From the NCBI RefSeq assembly GCF_963921235.1, contig NC_086097.1:11408001-11472000 (forward strand): 64,000 nucleotides of DNA. The letters run 5' to 3'. Every line of letters starts with the position of its first letter. Position 1 is the first letter of the stretch. Shown in pieces: positions 1-11,370 of the stretch. Under the pieces are notes generated by a model. That model saw nothing but the letters and a program-made list of their open reading frames with translations. It did no database searches and had not been told where the DNA came from. The stretch comes from Mobula hypostoma (Eukaryota). The position numbers were made by a program, and so were the translations under genes.

Positions 1-329
1 TGGTGCGTGGAATGCACTGCCTGAGTCAGTGGTGGAGGCAGATACACTAGTGAAACTTAAGAGACTACTAGACAGGTATATGGAGGAATTTAAGGTACAG
101 GGGTTATATGGGAGGCAGGGTTTAAGGGTCAGCACAACATTGTGGGCCGAAGGGCCTGTACTGTGCTGTACTATTCTATGAAACTTAACGTGGTCAATGG
201 AAGAACTTTATCCTTACAGATGTTACAGTAATTAAACTCTGAACTCCAACATCCCAAGCTGTCATAGTGCCAACAGCTAAGCTACTTTGGCACACCTCTT
301 GGAAACAAGAAGGTAAAAGTCCTGCTGGC

Positions 330-865
330 ATACAGCACCTCTTTCACCTCAGATAGTTGAGAAAGTTTGGTATGGGCCCCCAGAATCCTAAGAACATTCT
401 ACGGGGGCACCATTGAGAGCATCCTGACTGGCTGCATCACTGCCTGGTATGGGAACGGTACCTCCCTCAAACGCAGGACTCTGCAGAGAGTGCTGCAGAC
501 AGCCCAGCACATCTGTAGTTGTGAACTTCCCATGATTCAGGACATTTACAAAGGCAGGGTAGCAAAAGGCCCGTAGGATCTTTGGTGATCTGAGTCACCC
601 CCATCACAATCTATTCCAGCTGCTACCATCTGGGAAACAATACCGCAACATAAAAGCCAGGACCAACAGGCTCCGGGACAGCTTCTTCCACCAGGCCATC
701 AGACTGATTAACTCACACTGATTTGAGTGTATTGCTATGCTACATTGACTGTTCTATTTACTATAAATTACTATGATTACACATCGGACATTTCAACAGA
801 GACGTAACAAAGATTTTTACTCCTCATGTGAAGGATGTAAGAAATAAAGTCAATTCAATTCAATA
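330..865 (+). mobile_element. Rex1/Babar-type LINE 3' fragment (others ~20700-21170, ~25570-26230, ~39260-40960 on +; ~8640-8990 on -)
   Basis: FYGGTIESILTGCITAWYGN...LQRVLQTAQHI; aataaa plus (caatt)n tail. Confidence 0.85.
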
Positions 866-2020
866 CATTCAGATGTTCAGATCAGATAATGAAGAGGTGG
901 GAACAAAGATGTTGAATGCCATTAATTAGAGAAGGATAGTACTGGGTATTCAAAGCCACCTTCTTGATTGAGAAAGTTGATCTGTTGTAGACAAGCAGAA
1001 ATATATTAATCAATTTCTGCTCAGGTAAAGTACACAAAATGCTGGAGGAACTCAGCAAGTCAGGCAGCGACTATGGAAATGAATAACAGTCAGTGTTTCA
1101 GTCCAAGACCCTTCTTCAGGACTGGAAAGGAAGGAGGGAAAAGCCAGAATAAGAAGGTGGAGGGGAGGAAAAAGAGCATAGCTAAAAGGTGATAAATGAA
1201 GCCAGGTGAGTGGGAAAGGTAAAGGGCTGGAGGTGAAGAAATCTGAAAGCTGGACCATAGGAGAAAGGGAAGAAGGAGGGGCACTAGGGGGAGGTTATAG
1301 GTAGATAAAAAGGTAAGAGGACAGAGTGAGGAATAGAAAAAGAGGGAAGGAGAAAGTGATGTTCATGCCATCAGGTTTGAGGCTACCCAGACACAACATG
1401 AGGTCTTGCTTCTCCATCCTGAGAGTGGCCTTATCATGACACAAGACGAGGCCATTGACCAACATGTGAGAAACACAACGGAAATAGGAATTAAAATGGA
1501 TGGTCTCAGGGAACTTCTGCTTTTGCTGGATGGAGTGGAGGTGCTCGACAAAGTAGTCCCCCAATTTACGACGGGATTAGTGTGGTGGGACAGATGGACA
1601 AGGGAATCATGGAGGGAGCTATCCCTGTGGAAACCGGAGCGGGGGGGAGGAGCTAAGGATGTATTTGGTGGTAGGATCCCTTTGGAGATGGTGGAGATTG
1701 CGAAAAATGATGTACTGGATGTGGAGGCTCATGGGGTGGTAAGTTAGGACAAGAACTCTACCTCTGTTAAGGTGGCGGGAAGATGGGGTGAGCACAGATG
1801 TCCAGCAGATGGAGGAGATGCGGGTGAGGGCAGAATTAATGGTGGTGGAAGGGAAACCCCATTCTTTGAAAGAGGACATTGCTGATATCCTGGAAAGGAA
1901 AGCCTCATCCTGGGAACAAATGTGGCAGAATTAAAGGAATTGAGAAAAGGGAATTCAAGCAACACACATAAAAGTGGCTGGTGAACGCAGCAGGCCAGGC
2001 AGCATCTCTAGGAAGAGGTG

Positions 2021-2062
2021 CAGTCGACGTTTCAGGCCGAGACCCTTCGTCAGGACGAACTG
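2021..2062 (-). ncRNA. Minimal type I hammerhead ribozyme in a Penelope 3' tail
   Basis: Reverse complement CAGUUCGUC-CUGACGA-AGGGUCUCGGCCU-GAAAC-GUC-GACUG: CUGANGA and GAAA cores, GUC cleavage triplet, palindromic ACGU stem III. Confidence 0.8.
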
Positions 2063-2361
2063 AAGGAAGAGTGAGTAAGGGATTTGAAAGTTGGAGGGGG
2101 AGGGGGAGGGGGAGATCCAAAATGATAGGAGAAGACAGGAGGGGGAGGGATGGAGCCAAGAGCTGGACAGGTGATAGGCAAAAGGGATACGAGAGGATCA
2201 TGGGACAGGAGGTCCGGGAAGAAAGATGGGGGGGTGGGGGGAGGACCCAGAGGATGGGCAAGGGGTATATTCAGAGGGACAGAGGGAGATAAAAAAGAGT
2301 GAGAGAAAGAATGTGTGTATAAAAATAAGTAACAGATGGGGTACGAGGGGGAGGTGGGGCA

Positions 2362-3720
2362 TTAGCGGAAGTTAGAGAAGTCGATGTTCATGCCATCAGG
2401 TTGGAGGCTACCCAGACGGAATATAAGGTGTTGTTCCTCCAACCTGAGTGTGGCTTCATCTTTACAGTAGAGGAGGCCGTGGATAGACATGTCAGAATGG
2501 GAATGGGATGTGGAATTAAAATGTGTGGCCACTGGGAGATCCTGCTTTCTCTGGAGGACAGAGCGTAGGTGTTCAGCAAAGCGGTCTCCCAGTCTGCGTC
2601 GGGTCTCGCCAATATATAAAAGGCCACATCGGGAGCACCAGACGCAGTATATCACCCCAGCCGACTCACAGGTGAAGTGTTGCCTCACCTGGAAGGACTG
2701 TTTGGGGCCCTGAATGGTGGTAAGGGAGGAAGTGTAAGGGCATGTGTAGCACTTGTTCCGCTTACATGGATAAGTGCCAGGAGGGAGATCAGTGGGGAAG
2801 GATGGGGGGGACGAATGGACAAGGGAGTTGCGTAGGGAGCGATCCCTGCGGAATGCGGGGGGGGGGGAGGGAAAGATGTGCTTAGTGGTGGGATCCCGTT
2901 GGAGGTGGCGGAAGTTACGAAGAATAATATGTTGGACCCAGAGGCTGGTGGGGTGGTAGGTGAGGACCAGGGGAACCCTATTCCTAGTGGGGTGGCAGGA
3001 GGATAGAGTGAGAGCAGATGTACGTGAAATGGGGGAGATGCGTTTAAGAGCAGAATTGATAGTGGAAGAAGGGAAGCCCCTTTCTTTAAAAAAGGAAGAC
3101 ATCTCCCTCGTCCTAGAATGAAAAGCCTCACCCTGAGAGCAGATGCGGCGGAGACGGAGGAATTGCGAGAAGGGGATGGTGTTTTTGCAAGAGACAGGGT
3201 GAGAAGAGGAATAGTCCAGATAGCTGTGAGAGTCAGTAGGCTTATAGTAGACATCAGTGGATAAGCTGTCTCCAGAGACAGAGACAGAAAGATCTAGAAA
3301 GGGGAGGGAGGTGTCGGAAATGGACCAGGTAAACTTGAGGGCAGGGTGAAAGTTGGAGGCAAAGTTAATAAAGTCAACGAGCTCTGCATGCGTACAGGAA
3401 GCAGCGCCAATGCAGTCGTCGATGTAGCGAAGGAAAAGTGGGGGACAGATACCAGAATAGGCACGGAACATAGATTGTTCCACAAACCCAACAAAAAGGC
3501 AGGCATAGCTAGGACCCATACGGGTGCCCATAGCTACACCTTTAGTTTGGAGGAAGTGGGAGGAGCCAAAGGAGAAATTATTAAGAGTAAGGACTAATTC
3601 CACTAGACGGAGCAGAGTGGTGGTAGAGGGGAACTGATTAGGTCTGGAATCCAAAAAGAAGCGTAGAGCTTTGAGACCTTCCTGATGGGGTATGGAAGTA
3701 TATAGGGACTGGACATCCAT
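2362..3720 (-). CDS. Penelope-like RT/GIY-YIG endonuclease ORF (5'-truncated)
   Basis: ORF track 2362..3753; the element-derived part starts at MDVQS. Confidence 0.85.
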   Translation of the reverse strand: MDVQSLYTSIPHQEGLKALRFFLDSRPNQFPSTTTLLRLVELVLTLNNFSFGSSHFLQTKGVAMGTRMGPSYACLFVGFVEQSMFRAYSGICPPLFLRYIDDCIGAASCTHAELVDFINFASNFHPALKFTWSISDTSLPFLDLSVSVSGDSLSTDVYYKPTDSHSYLDYSSSHPVSCKNTIPFSQFLRLRRICSQGEAFHSRTREMSSFFKERGFPSSTINSALKRISPISRTSALTLSSCHPTRNRVPLVLTYHPTSLWVQHIILRNFRHLQRDPTTKHIFPSPPPAFRRDRSLRNSLVHSSPPSFPTDLPPGTYPCKRNKCYTCPYTSSLTTIQGPKQSFQVRQHFTCESAGVIYCVWCSRCGLLYIGETRRRLGDRFAEHLRSVLQRKQDLPVATHFNSTSHSHSDMSIHGLLYCKDEATLRLEEQHLIFRLGSLQPDGMNIDFSNFR

Positions 3721-4296
3721 GGTTTCCTGTCGTTTGAGAAAAGGGAATAGCATTTTTACAGGAGACAGGTTGGGAAGAGGTATGTATAGTCAAGATAGCT
3801 GTGGGAATTGGTAGGTTTATAGAAGATGTCAGTGGACAGTTTGTCTCCAGAGATGGAGACAGAGTTGTTGGGAAGATCAAGAGCACGTAAAGTGTCACAG
3901 ATGTCAATGGGATGGACTGAACCAAGGGGGATAGAATGGAGTCAAGGTATGAAGACATGAGTTCAGTAGGACAGGGGCAACGTTGTTGGATTTCAGGAAC
4001 ATTCTGAGTAATAGGGGAAGTAAGCTGTTGAGCTGTCAGTCGAAACAGATGGCTTTAGTTAACTGTGAGAGATAAGATCTGGAAGCAAGTGCCTGTCATC
4101 AGGGACCTCAGACTGAGGGGTTTCTCTACATTAAAGGATCATAGCCTTGGCTGCAAAGTGATCTTGGAGATCCTCATTGTTCAGAGATCACTGGCACTGC
4201 CCAAAATAACAAAACAAAAGTCTTAGGGACACAAGACTCGACAGGTGCTGGAAATCTAGAGCAATGTGCACAAAAAGCTGGAGGAATTCCACTGGA

Positions 4297-4540
4297 GGTA
4301 CAGTAGTATAGTGGTTAGCATAACACTATTACAGCACCAGTGACCCAGGTTCAATTCCCGCCACCGTCTGTAAGGAGTTTGTACGTTCTCTCCATCTCTG
4401 TGTGGTTTCCTCCTGCAGCTCTGATTTCTTCCCACATTCCAAAGATGTACAGGCCAGGAGATTATTGGGTCACATGGGTATAACTGGGTTCTTTGGTCCA
4501 GAAGGGTCTGTAATGGTGCAGTATCTCTAAATAAAATAAA
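4297..4540 (+). mobile_element. tRNA-derived V/HE1-type SINE (other copies ~13470-13745 -, ~39940-40197 -, ~42025-42320 +)
   Basis: tagtggttagc...ggttcaattcc head and ggagtttgtacgttctc...cccacattccaaaga body. Confidence 0.75.
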
Positions 4541-4909
4541 CTCAGCAGATCAACAGCATCTTTTGGAAGGAACTGGACAGCCAATGTTTTGAACTGATAC
4601 CCTTCATCAGGACTGGAAAGTAGGAGGGAAGACTGCAAGTATAAAAGGTGGGGTGGGGGGAAGGGTAGAACAAAAGCTGGCTGGTAATAATCAGATCTCG
4701 TTGAGGGGGTTTATAAATATTTGAGGGAGGGTCCATATTAAAAACATATCAATATTAAAAACTTATAATGACCATTGAAATCAAAAGCAGCAGTTTAAAT
4801 CAAGTGACAAAAGAGAGGGCAATGGCTCCCATTGACCCCTCCGTTTACACAGTTCATGATCCCTGATACATAACTGGTACAAGATTTTAAATATATTATA
4901 TGAGATTAC

Positions 4910-5007
4910 CTTCAGCTGTGTCAGCAACTTGTGAAGAGGCTTCACACCAAGATTCTTGCAAATTAGTTTATAGGATGAGATAACCTCTTCCACTGTAACA
5001 CAGGCAA
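4910..5007 (-). CDS. PPP1R37-like protein, second coding exon (98 nt); gene continues left of the window
   Basis: Acceptor tttttttgtttcag|, donor AAG|gtaatc; in phase with 27303 it reads VACVTVEEVISSYKLICKNLGVKPLHKLLTQLK, similar to recalled PPP1R37 AQNVTVDEVIGAYKQACQKLNCRQIPKLLRQLQ. Confidence 0.8.
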
Positions 5008-6844
5008 CTGAAACAAAAAAATAAATGGGATTAACAACTTGGTGGCTCTTTGGTCAACAACTGGATGTGGTCTACATGGGTAAAGGTAATTATGCCAACT
5101 ATGAATAGCATTCACATTGCACACTGGATGTATACTAGATATATCCAGATAAACCAAAGTTAATTATAATTGCTTCTAGTCTAGAAGTGTGTATCAAACT
5201 CTCTCTCTCTCAATATTAATACTTAACAACATGGGCTTCAAAAAATTAAATTAAAATGAGCGCATTTCTGGTTGCTGCGTTACAGAAAGGATATGGAGGC
5301 AGTGGAGAAGAGCTTCATCAAGATCTAGCCTGAATTTCAGAGTATTAGCTGTAAGCAGAGATTGGAAAAACTTGGACTGTATTCTTCAAAGGAGGCTGAA
5401 GGGTCACCTGATAGGAATCTATAAGAATTATCGGAGATATAGATAGGGTAGATAGACAAAATCTTTGTTCCCAGGGTGGAACTGTTGAACACGAGAGGGC
5501 TTTGATTTAAGATGGGAGGGGTTTGTGAGCAGGTTTATTCTACACAGAGAGCAACAAGTGTCAGAAATGCAATGCCAGGTGAGACAGTGGAAGCAGATAC
5601 GATAGCAAAATTTAAGAGGCATTCAGACAAGCACATGAACAGCAGGAAATAGAGGGATGTATATCAGTCCTGATGAAGAGTCTCGGCCCAAAATGTCAAA
5701 TGTTTACTCTTTTCCATAGATGCTGTCTGGCCTGTGCTTTACTTGGGATTTCCAACATCTGCAGAATTTGTTGAATAGACTTTCTCAGTCAGATAGGATT
5801 ACTTTAAGTTAGCATAGACATAGTGGGCTGAAAGATCTGTTCCTGTGTTGAGCTCTTCTATGTTCTATTGAAGTTTTTCACAATACACATGACAATGATG
5901 AACAAATTCACAACTTACAATTAATTAAAATTCCAGATATGTTTGTGAAGTGAACAGAAACAGTAAATGCTGAAAAACATCACAGGGCTGGCACCATCTG
6001 CATTGTGAGAAACTGTTAATGTTTAAGCAAAACAAGAAAAGGATAATGGAAGAGCAGGATTTAAGATAAAATACAAGTAAAGATGAGGTGAAAATGGTTA
6101 TTTTCTTTACCCATTCTATTACTGTCACTTTTACCGTCTATCTTCACAATCTTTTCTACCTTTCACTGTACCACAGATTTACCCTTTACTTTATCTCCAC
6201 CGTTATTTACTTCTGCTTATTAAAACTTACTCTAACTCTAACCTTCACCAGTTCTACTTTAAAGCTATTGGCCGAACGAAATATTAACTTCTTTTCTTTC
6301 TCAATGATGCTTCTGGTTCTGCTAAGTACCTCCAGCAATTTTTTATATAGATTTTAAATTGGTCAAATATTATCGAATCATAGAGTGACAGACTCAATAT
6401 ATCCATGCTGATGAGTGGGCACCATCATGTGAATCCCATCTTCCAGCACTTGGCCCTTTGCCTTCTATGCCTTCCCCATTGAGCACATCTACATGGAGCG
6501 CTGTCGCAGGAAGGCAGCATCCTTCATCACAGAACCCCAGCATCCAGCCATGCACTCTTCTGGCTGCTGCCATGAGGAAGAAGGTACAGGTGCCTTAGGT
6601 CCTGCAACACCAGGTACAGGAACAGTTATCATGCCTCAGCCATCAGGCTCTTGAACCAGAGGGGATATCTTCACTCACCCCCAACAATGAACTCATTCCA
6701 TACCTATGGACTAACTTTCAAGGGCTCTACAATTCATGTGCTGAATATTTATTATTTATTTATTTGTTTAGTGTTATTATTTTGTTATTTTTTTCTTGTA
6801 TTTTCACAATTTGCTGTCTTTTGCACATTGGTTGCATGTTGGTG

Positions 6845-7667
6845 TGGCACGAGTGCAGACACATCCAGCCTTGTGACAGCAGGCAAGATAATTTGATTCC
6901 AAACAATTGGTTTATCGATCATTACTGAATGTCTCCCTGGTGCTTCCCGCTCCCTCCCCCGCTCTCTCTCTCTCCTTTTTCCCAACCATGATTCCATTCT
7001 CCTTGATCCCTTCCCACTCTCAGTCAACAATAAAGACCCATATAAGAATCAGGTTTATCATCACGCACATATGTCATGAAATTTGTTTTTTTTTTGGTGG
7101 CAGTAGTACAGTACAATACATAAAATTACTCCAGTACTGTGCAAAAGTCTTAGACATCCTGGCTATATAGGAGGGGTGATTGATAAGTTCGTGGCCTAAG
7201 GTAGAAGGAGTCAATTTTAGAAAACCTAGCACATTTATTTTTCAACATAGTCCCCTCCTACATTTACACACTTAGTCCAGCGGTCGTGGAGTATATGGAT
7301 CCCTTCTTTGTAGAAGTCGGCGTCTTCGTGGACTAAGGTAGAAGAAGATGATTTATACAGCTCTCGTTACATGCATCTTTGAGTGATTATGCAGAAAGTT
7401 TGAAGTTAATAACTAATCGCCTTCTACCTTAGGCCATGAACTTATCAATCACCCCTGCTGTGGACCACTTTCTGGAGGTCGAAGACACCGACTTCTACAA
7501 AGAAGGGATCCATATGCTCCATGACCGCTAGACTAAGTGTGTACGTGTAGGAGGGGACTATGTTGAAAAATAAATGTGCTAGGTTTTCTAAAATTGACTC
7601 CTTCTCCCTTAGGCCACGAACGTATCAATCACCCCTCGTGTGCTTAAGACTTTTGCACAGTACTGTA
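6845..7667 (-). mobile_element. Tc1-like MITE (CAGTACTGTGCAAAAG termini) hosting the mariner MITE
   Basis: Same body as the copies at 29862, 43004 and 49634, in reverse orientation. Confidence 0.7.
7170..7638. mobile_element. Palindromic mariner-derived MITE
   Basis: Inverted arms of ~160 bp (gaggggtgattgataagttcgtggcctaagg...); the right arm encodes a mariner transposase C-terminus FYKEGIHMLHDR*TKCVRVGGDYVEK*. Confidence 0.85.
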
Positions 7668-8327
7668 CATCTCCCCTAAATAAGTGCTAATATCTTGATT
7701 TGATTCTGTCTTTATTGCATTGGTTACTTGAAGCAGGACAGGAAGACTGCCTCTAATAAGATAATTAATGTTATTTCTTTGATTTCCTTCACAACTTTAG
7801 CATCAGAGTAGAGTAGAATACTATTTTTGCAATGACACTAAAACTGCAATATAAATACAACTCGCTCATGTGAAAAGCTGGAACTGTTTCAATTATTTCA
7901 TTCTCAGGTATATTCACCCCAAGAATTAGCTGGAATAATTTGTAGTTGACAGTTTATTGGCAATAAGACCTACTATTTATAGGCAGGGTTAGTGTACCAC
8001 CTGAATAGGCGGTATCATGAAAGCAAAGGATACAAAACCACAGTGCTCACACACAGCTGCAGTCTGACATATTTTTTCTTTTATGGGCATTTGTAAAGGA
8101 GTATATGCAGAAGCAGCATTTTTTGGTGGGGCTGAATTCAGCAAATTCCATTTTTGTCACATTTCTACAAATTTTAAAAGTGCAGAGTGATGAGAATTCA
8201 GAGTGATGAGAATTAGTATCAGGAATCAAGAATCAATCAAAATCACTGTAATATGTTGTGAAATGTGTTGTCTTGTGGCAGTAGTACAGTGCTTTACATA
8301 ATAAAGACTATATATTGCAATAAGAGT

Positions 8328-8619
8328 TAAAGTTAAAGTCTATCCCGAGCCTTATAGGCTCATCAGGCTTCTGCTTATGCTGGTTTCTGTGGCGTGAAGC
8401 AACTGAGAGTATGAGACTCCCCCCGCCCCCGCAGATAGGACGCCAGTCTATCACGAGGTTAACCCCCAGCATTTTGCCGGTAACCATTTTCAGCTGGGTG
8501 GACTGGAGCAGTGTGTGGTTAAGTGCCTTGCTCAAAGACACAACACGCTGCCTTGGCTGGGGCTCGAACTCACGACCTTCAGATCTCTAGTCCAAACCTT
8601 AACCACTTGGCCACGTGCC
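8328..8619 (-). mobile_element. tRNA-derived SINE
   Basis: Reverse complement begins GGCACGTGGCCAAGTGGTTAAGG (A box) ... GAGTTCGAGCCC (B box), then a conserved-type central domain and a (ttaact)n tail. Confidence 0.85.
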
Positions 8620-10309
8620 ACACTATTGTAATGAGAGATACATATATAAAATTGAATTAAATAAGTTGTGCAAAAAGAGAGAGAAAAAATACATTGTCCA
8701 TTCAGAAAATTGATGACAGAGGGGAAGAAGTTGTTCTTAAAATGTTAAGCGTGTGCCTTCACGCTCCTGTACCTCCTCCTTGATGGTAGCAATGAGAAGA
8801 GGGCATGTCCTGGGTGATGGGGGGTGGGCAATAATGATGCATGTCACCTGTTTGAGGAATCTCCTTTTTGAAGGAGTCCTCGATCCTGGCGATGTTAGTG
8901 CCCATGATGGAGTTGGCTGAGTTTGCAACTTCTCACAGCCTTTTCTGATCCTGTGCAGTGGTCCCTCCATACCAGATAGTGATGCAACCACCTGGTGCGG
9001 AGGGGCCATCGCATAGTATTGATAGCATTCAATGTCTTTTACCATTTTGCCGTGGCAACAGTTAACTAGTGTGTATACGTATTCTGCTGACACTTTCAAC
9101 ACAAATATGATAAAATCCCATGTTTTAAAGTGTGGTTAAAATTACAATTGAAGAGGCTACTTCAAGTTTTTCCTCTTTCCATCTCCCTAAAGCAGATTGT
9201 GTGAAGTAACTCCATGCAAAGCAAGCACTGAGAAAGCATCAATGCCACATGTTGCCATACATTGTACATATTTACTATTCCTATTGATTTCAACATGAGA
9301 GATAAAAGTATTGCAAATCTCTAGTGCAGCAGATTACTGCTACAGACTAATGAGTCCATTATTTTTATAACATACCCTGATTATATTATTACATTAACAA
9401 TCCTATCAAGGGGAGTTACAGTAAACCCCAGCATTCGAGTAATTCCTTTCATTACAGTACATTACTCGCTCACAAGGGGACCACAACCTTAATTATACAT
9501 TTAATTTAGAAATACGTTTTATGAGAAAACTGAGATGCACCATGTAAATGGAATGATTTGGTTGGAAGTTCCCTTTGGTCCATAAACACGATACTGTTTC
9601 TTTTCTTTAATAATTCATGACTGTTGTTGCCTGGGAACAGTTATAAACGGGAGTGCTATGTTTCCATCTAAAAGAACTTCTGCATCAGTTATTAAAGAAA
9701 GTTAAATAGAATTTCAAACCATGATTTAGACAGGTTTCTGCAACCACTGAAAGAATGAATGCCTTTTGGTTTGGGAGTTGAGTATTTTTCACATAATGAT
9801 GCCACTGTAAATGTTCCTTAATGCATGTGACATGAGAGAAAAGACTGAGAGCTAAGCTCCAGTAGTCTTACAACAAAGACAGACTTATAACTGAAAGATT
9901 ATAATGGGAATGGAATGTTGTGGGAATTGCTTTAATCTAGAAATTAATTTACAAATATGCATATTTATCAATTAATACATTGATCTGTGATTTCATTTGA
10001 GTGCATTACTAAATTAATAAATATGAAGATTTATAAATGAATAAATTAAGGAAATAGTGTTTTGATTAATTTTCTGAATTATTTAATTTCTAAACTAGTT
10101 AATGCTTGCCCTAAGATGACTTCACATTCCACAGAACTAGACTTTTAAGTGCAAAGTTATTCAGCTAACTGTCAATAGGTTCTGTGTCTTGAACAGCTGT
10201 ATGCTCCACACATCATGCATTTCGAAGCATTCTTACTACTCATCAAGGACACTGAAGAAAGTCAATGTTGGAGAGCAGAATTTCTCTTCCACTTTTGGTT
10301 GACCATAAG

Positions 10310-11370
10310 GCTCTAAGACCCTAAGACATATGAGCAGAATTAGGCCATTCAGCCGATTGAGTCTACTCTACAATTAAATCACAGCTGATCTTTCTTCCCT
10401 CTCAACTCATTCTCCTGCCTTCTTCCCGTCGGCTTTGATGCCCTTACCGATCAAGAATCTATCGACATCCGCTTTAAATACGCCAAATGACTTGGCCTTC
10501 ACAGCAGTCTGTGGCAACGGATTCCATAGATTCACCACCCTTAAGCTAAAGGAATTACTCCTCATCTCTGTTCTAAAGGGACATCATTCTATTCTAAGAC
10601 TGTGCCCTCTCGTCCTTGATATTCCCACTGTTGGAAATATCCTCCCTATGTCCACTCTATCTAGGCTTTCAATATTCATTAGTTTCAGGAGATCCCTCCT
10701 CATTCTTCTAAACTCCAGCTGGTACAAGCCTAGAGCTATCAAACATTCCTCATATGTTAACCCTTTCTTTCTTGGGATCATTTTTGTGAACCACACCCCC
10801 TTTCTTAGATATGGTGCCCAAAACTGCTCTCAATACTCCAAGTATGATCTGACCAAAGCCTCATGAAGCCTTGACATTACATCCTTGCTTTTATATTGTA
10901 GTCCTCTTGAAATGAATGCTAACATTCTATTTTCCTTCCTTACTACCAACTCAACCTGCAAATTTAACTTTTGTGAATCCTGCATCTCCAATTTCTGAAA
11001 TCACTCCCCCACATAGAAGATAGTCTATGCCTTTATTCCTTCTACCAAAGTGCATTACCATACACTTCCCTATACCATATTCCATCTGCATTTTCCTAAT
11101 CTGTCCAAGTCTTTCTGCAGACTCCCTGCTTCATCAAGACTATCTTACCCCTCCACCTATCTTTTGCCTCCCTTTCTTCTTAAAGAGTGGAGTGATACTT
11201 GTGATTTTCCAGTCCACTTGAATCGCTCCAGAATCTCTTGATCTTGAAAGATCATTACTAATGTCTTCACATTTTCTTTAGCTGCCTCTTTTAGAACCCT
11301 GGGGTATAGTCCACCTGGTCCAGGTGACTTATCTACCATCAGACCTTTTAGTTTCCCAAGAACCTTCTTG
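10310..11370 (-). mobile_element. Decayed CR1 LINE (similar fragments ~17795-18600, ~41322-41995, ~45415-45700, ~52390-53020 on -)
   Basis: DKSPGPGGLYPRVLKE and LGLYQLEFRRMRRDL...SRTRGHSLRI; (cataaga)-type tail. Confidence 0.85.

Larger units (their letters stand above)
1955..3733 (-). mobile_element. Young 5'-truncated Penelope-like element (Neptune-type; RT + GIY-YIG)
   Basis: Uninterrupted ORF with DVQSLYT, GVAMGTRMGPSYA, RYIDD, Cys linker CKRNKCYTC and GVIY...LLYIGET...FAEH; flanked by a 15-bp TSD TTGAGAAAAGGGAAT (1940-1954, 3734-3748). Confidence 0.95.
1030..3980 (-). mobile_element. Older degenerate Penelope-like element, interrupted by the young copy at 1955-3733
   Basis: Frameshifted ORF pieces (1295-1564, 1619-1879, 3734-3958) are homologous to the young copy and continue across the TSD. 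Confidence 0.85.

Noticed and set aside
3721..3753. N-terminus MLFPFLKRQET of the 463-aa ORF
   Set aside because: It reads through the TSD and junction bases of the 5'-truncated insertion; not a real start.
8560..8619. tRNA gene
   Set aside because: A/B boxes run into a SINE body and tail with no poly-T terminator; it is a SINE head.
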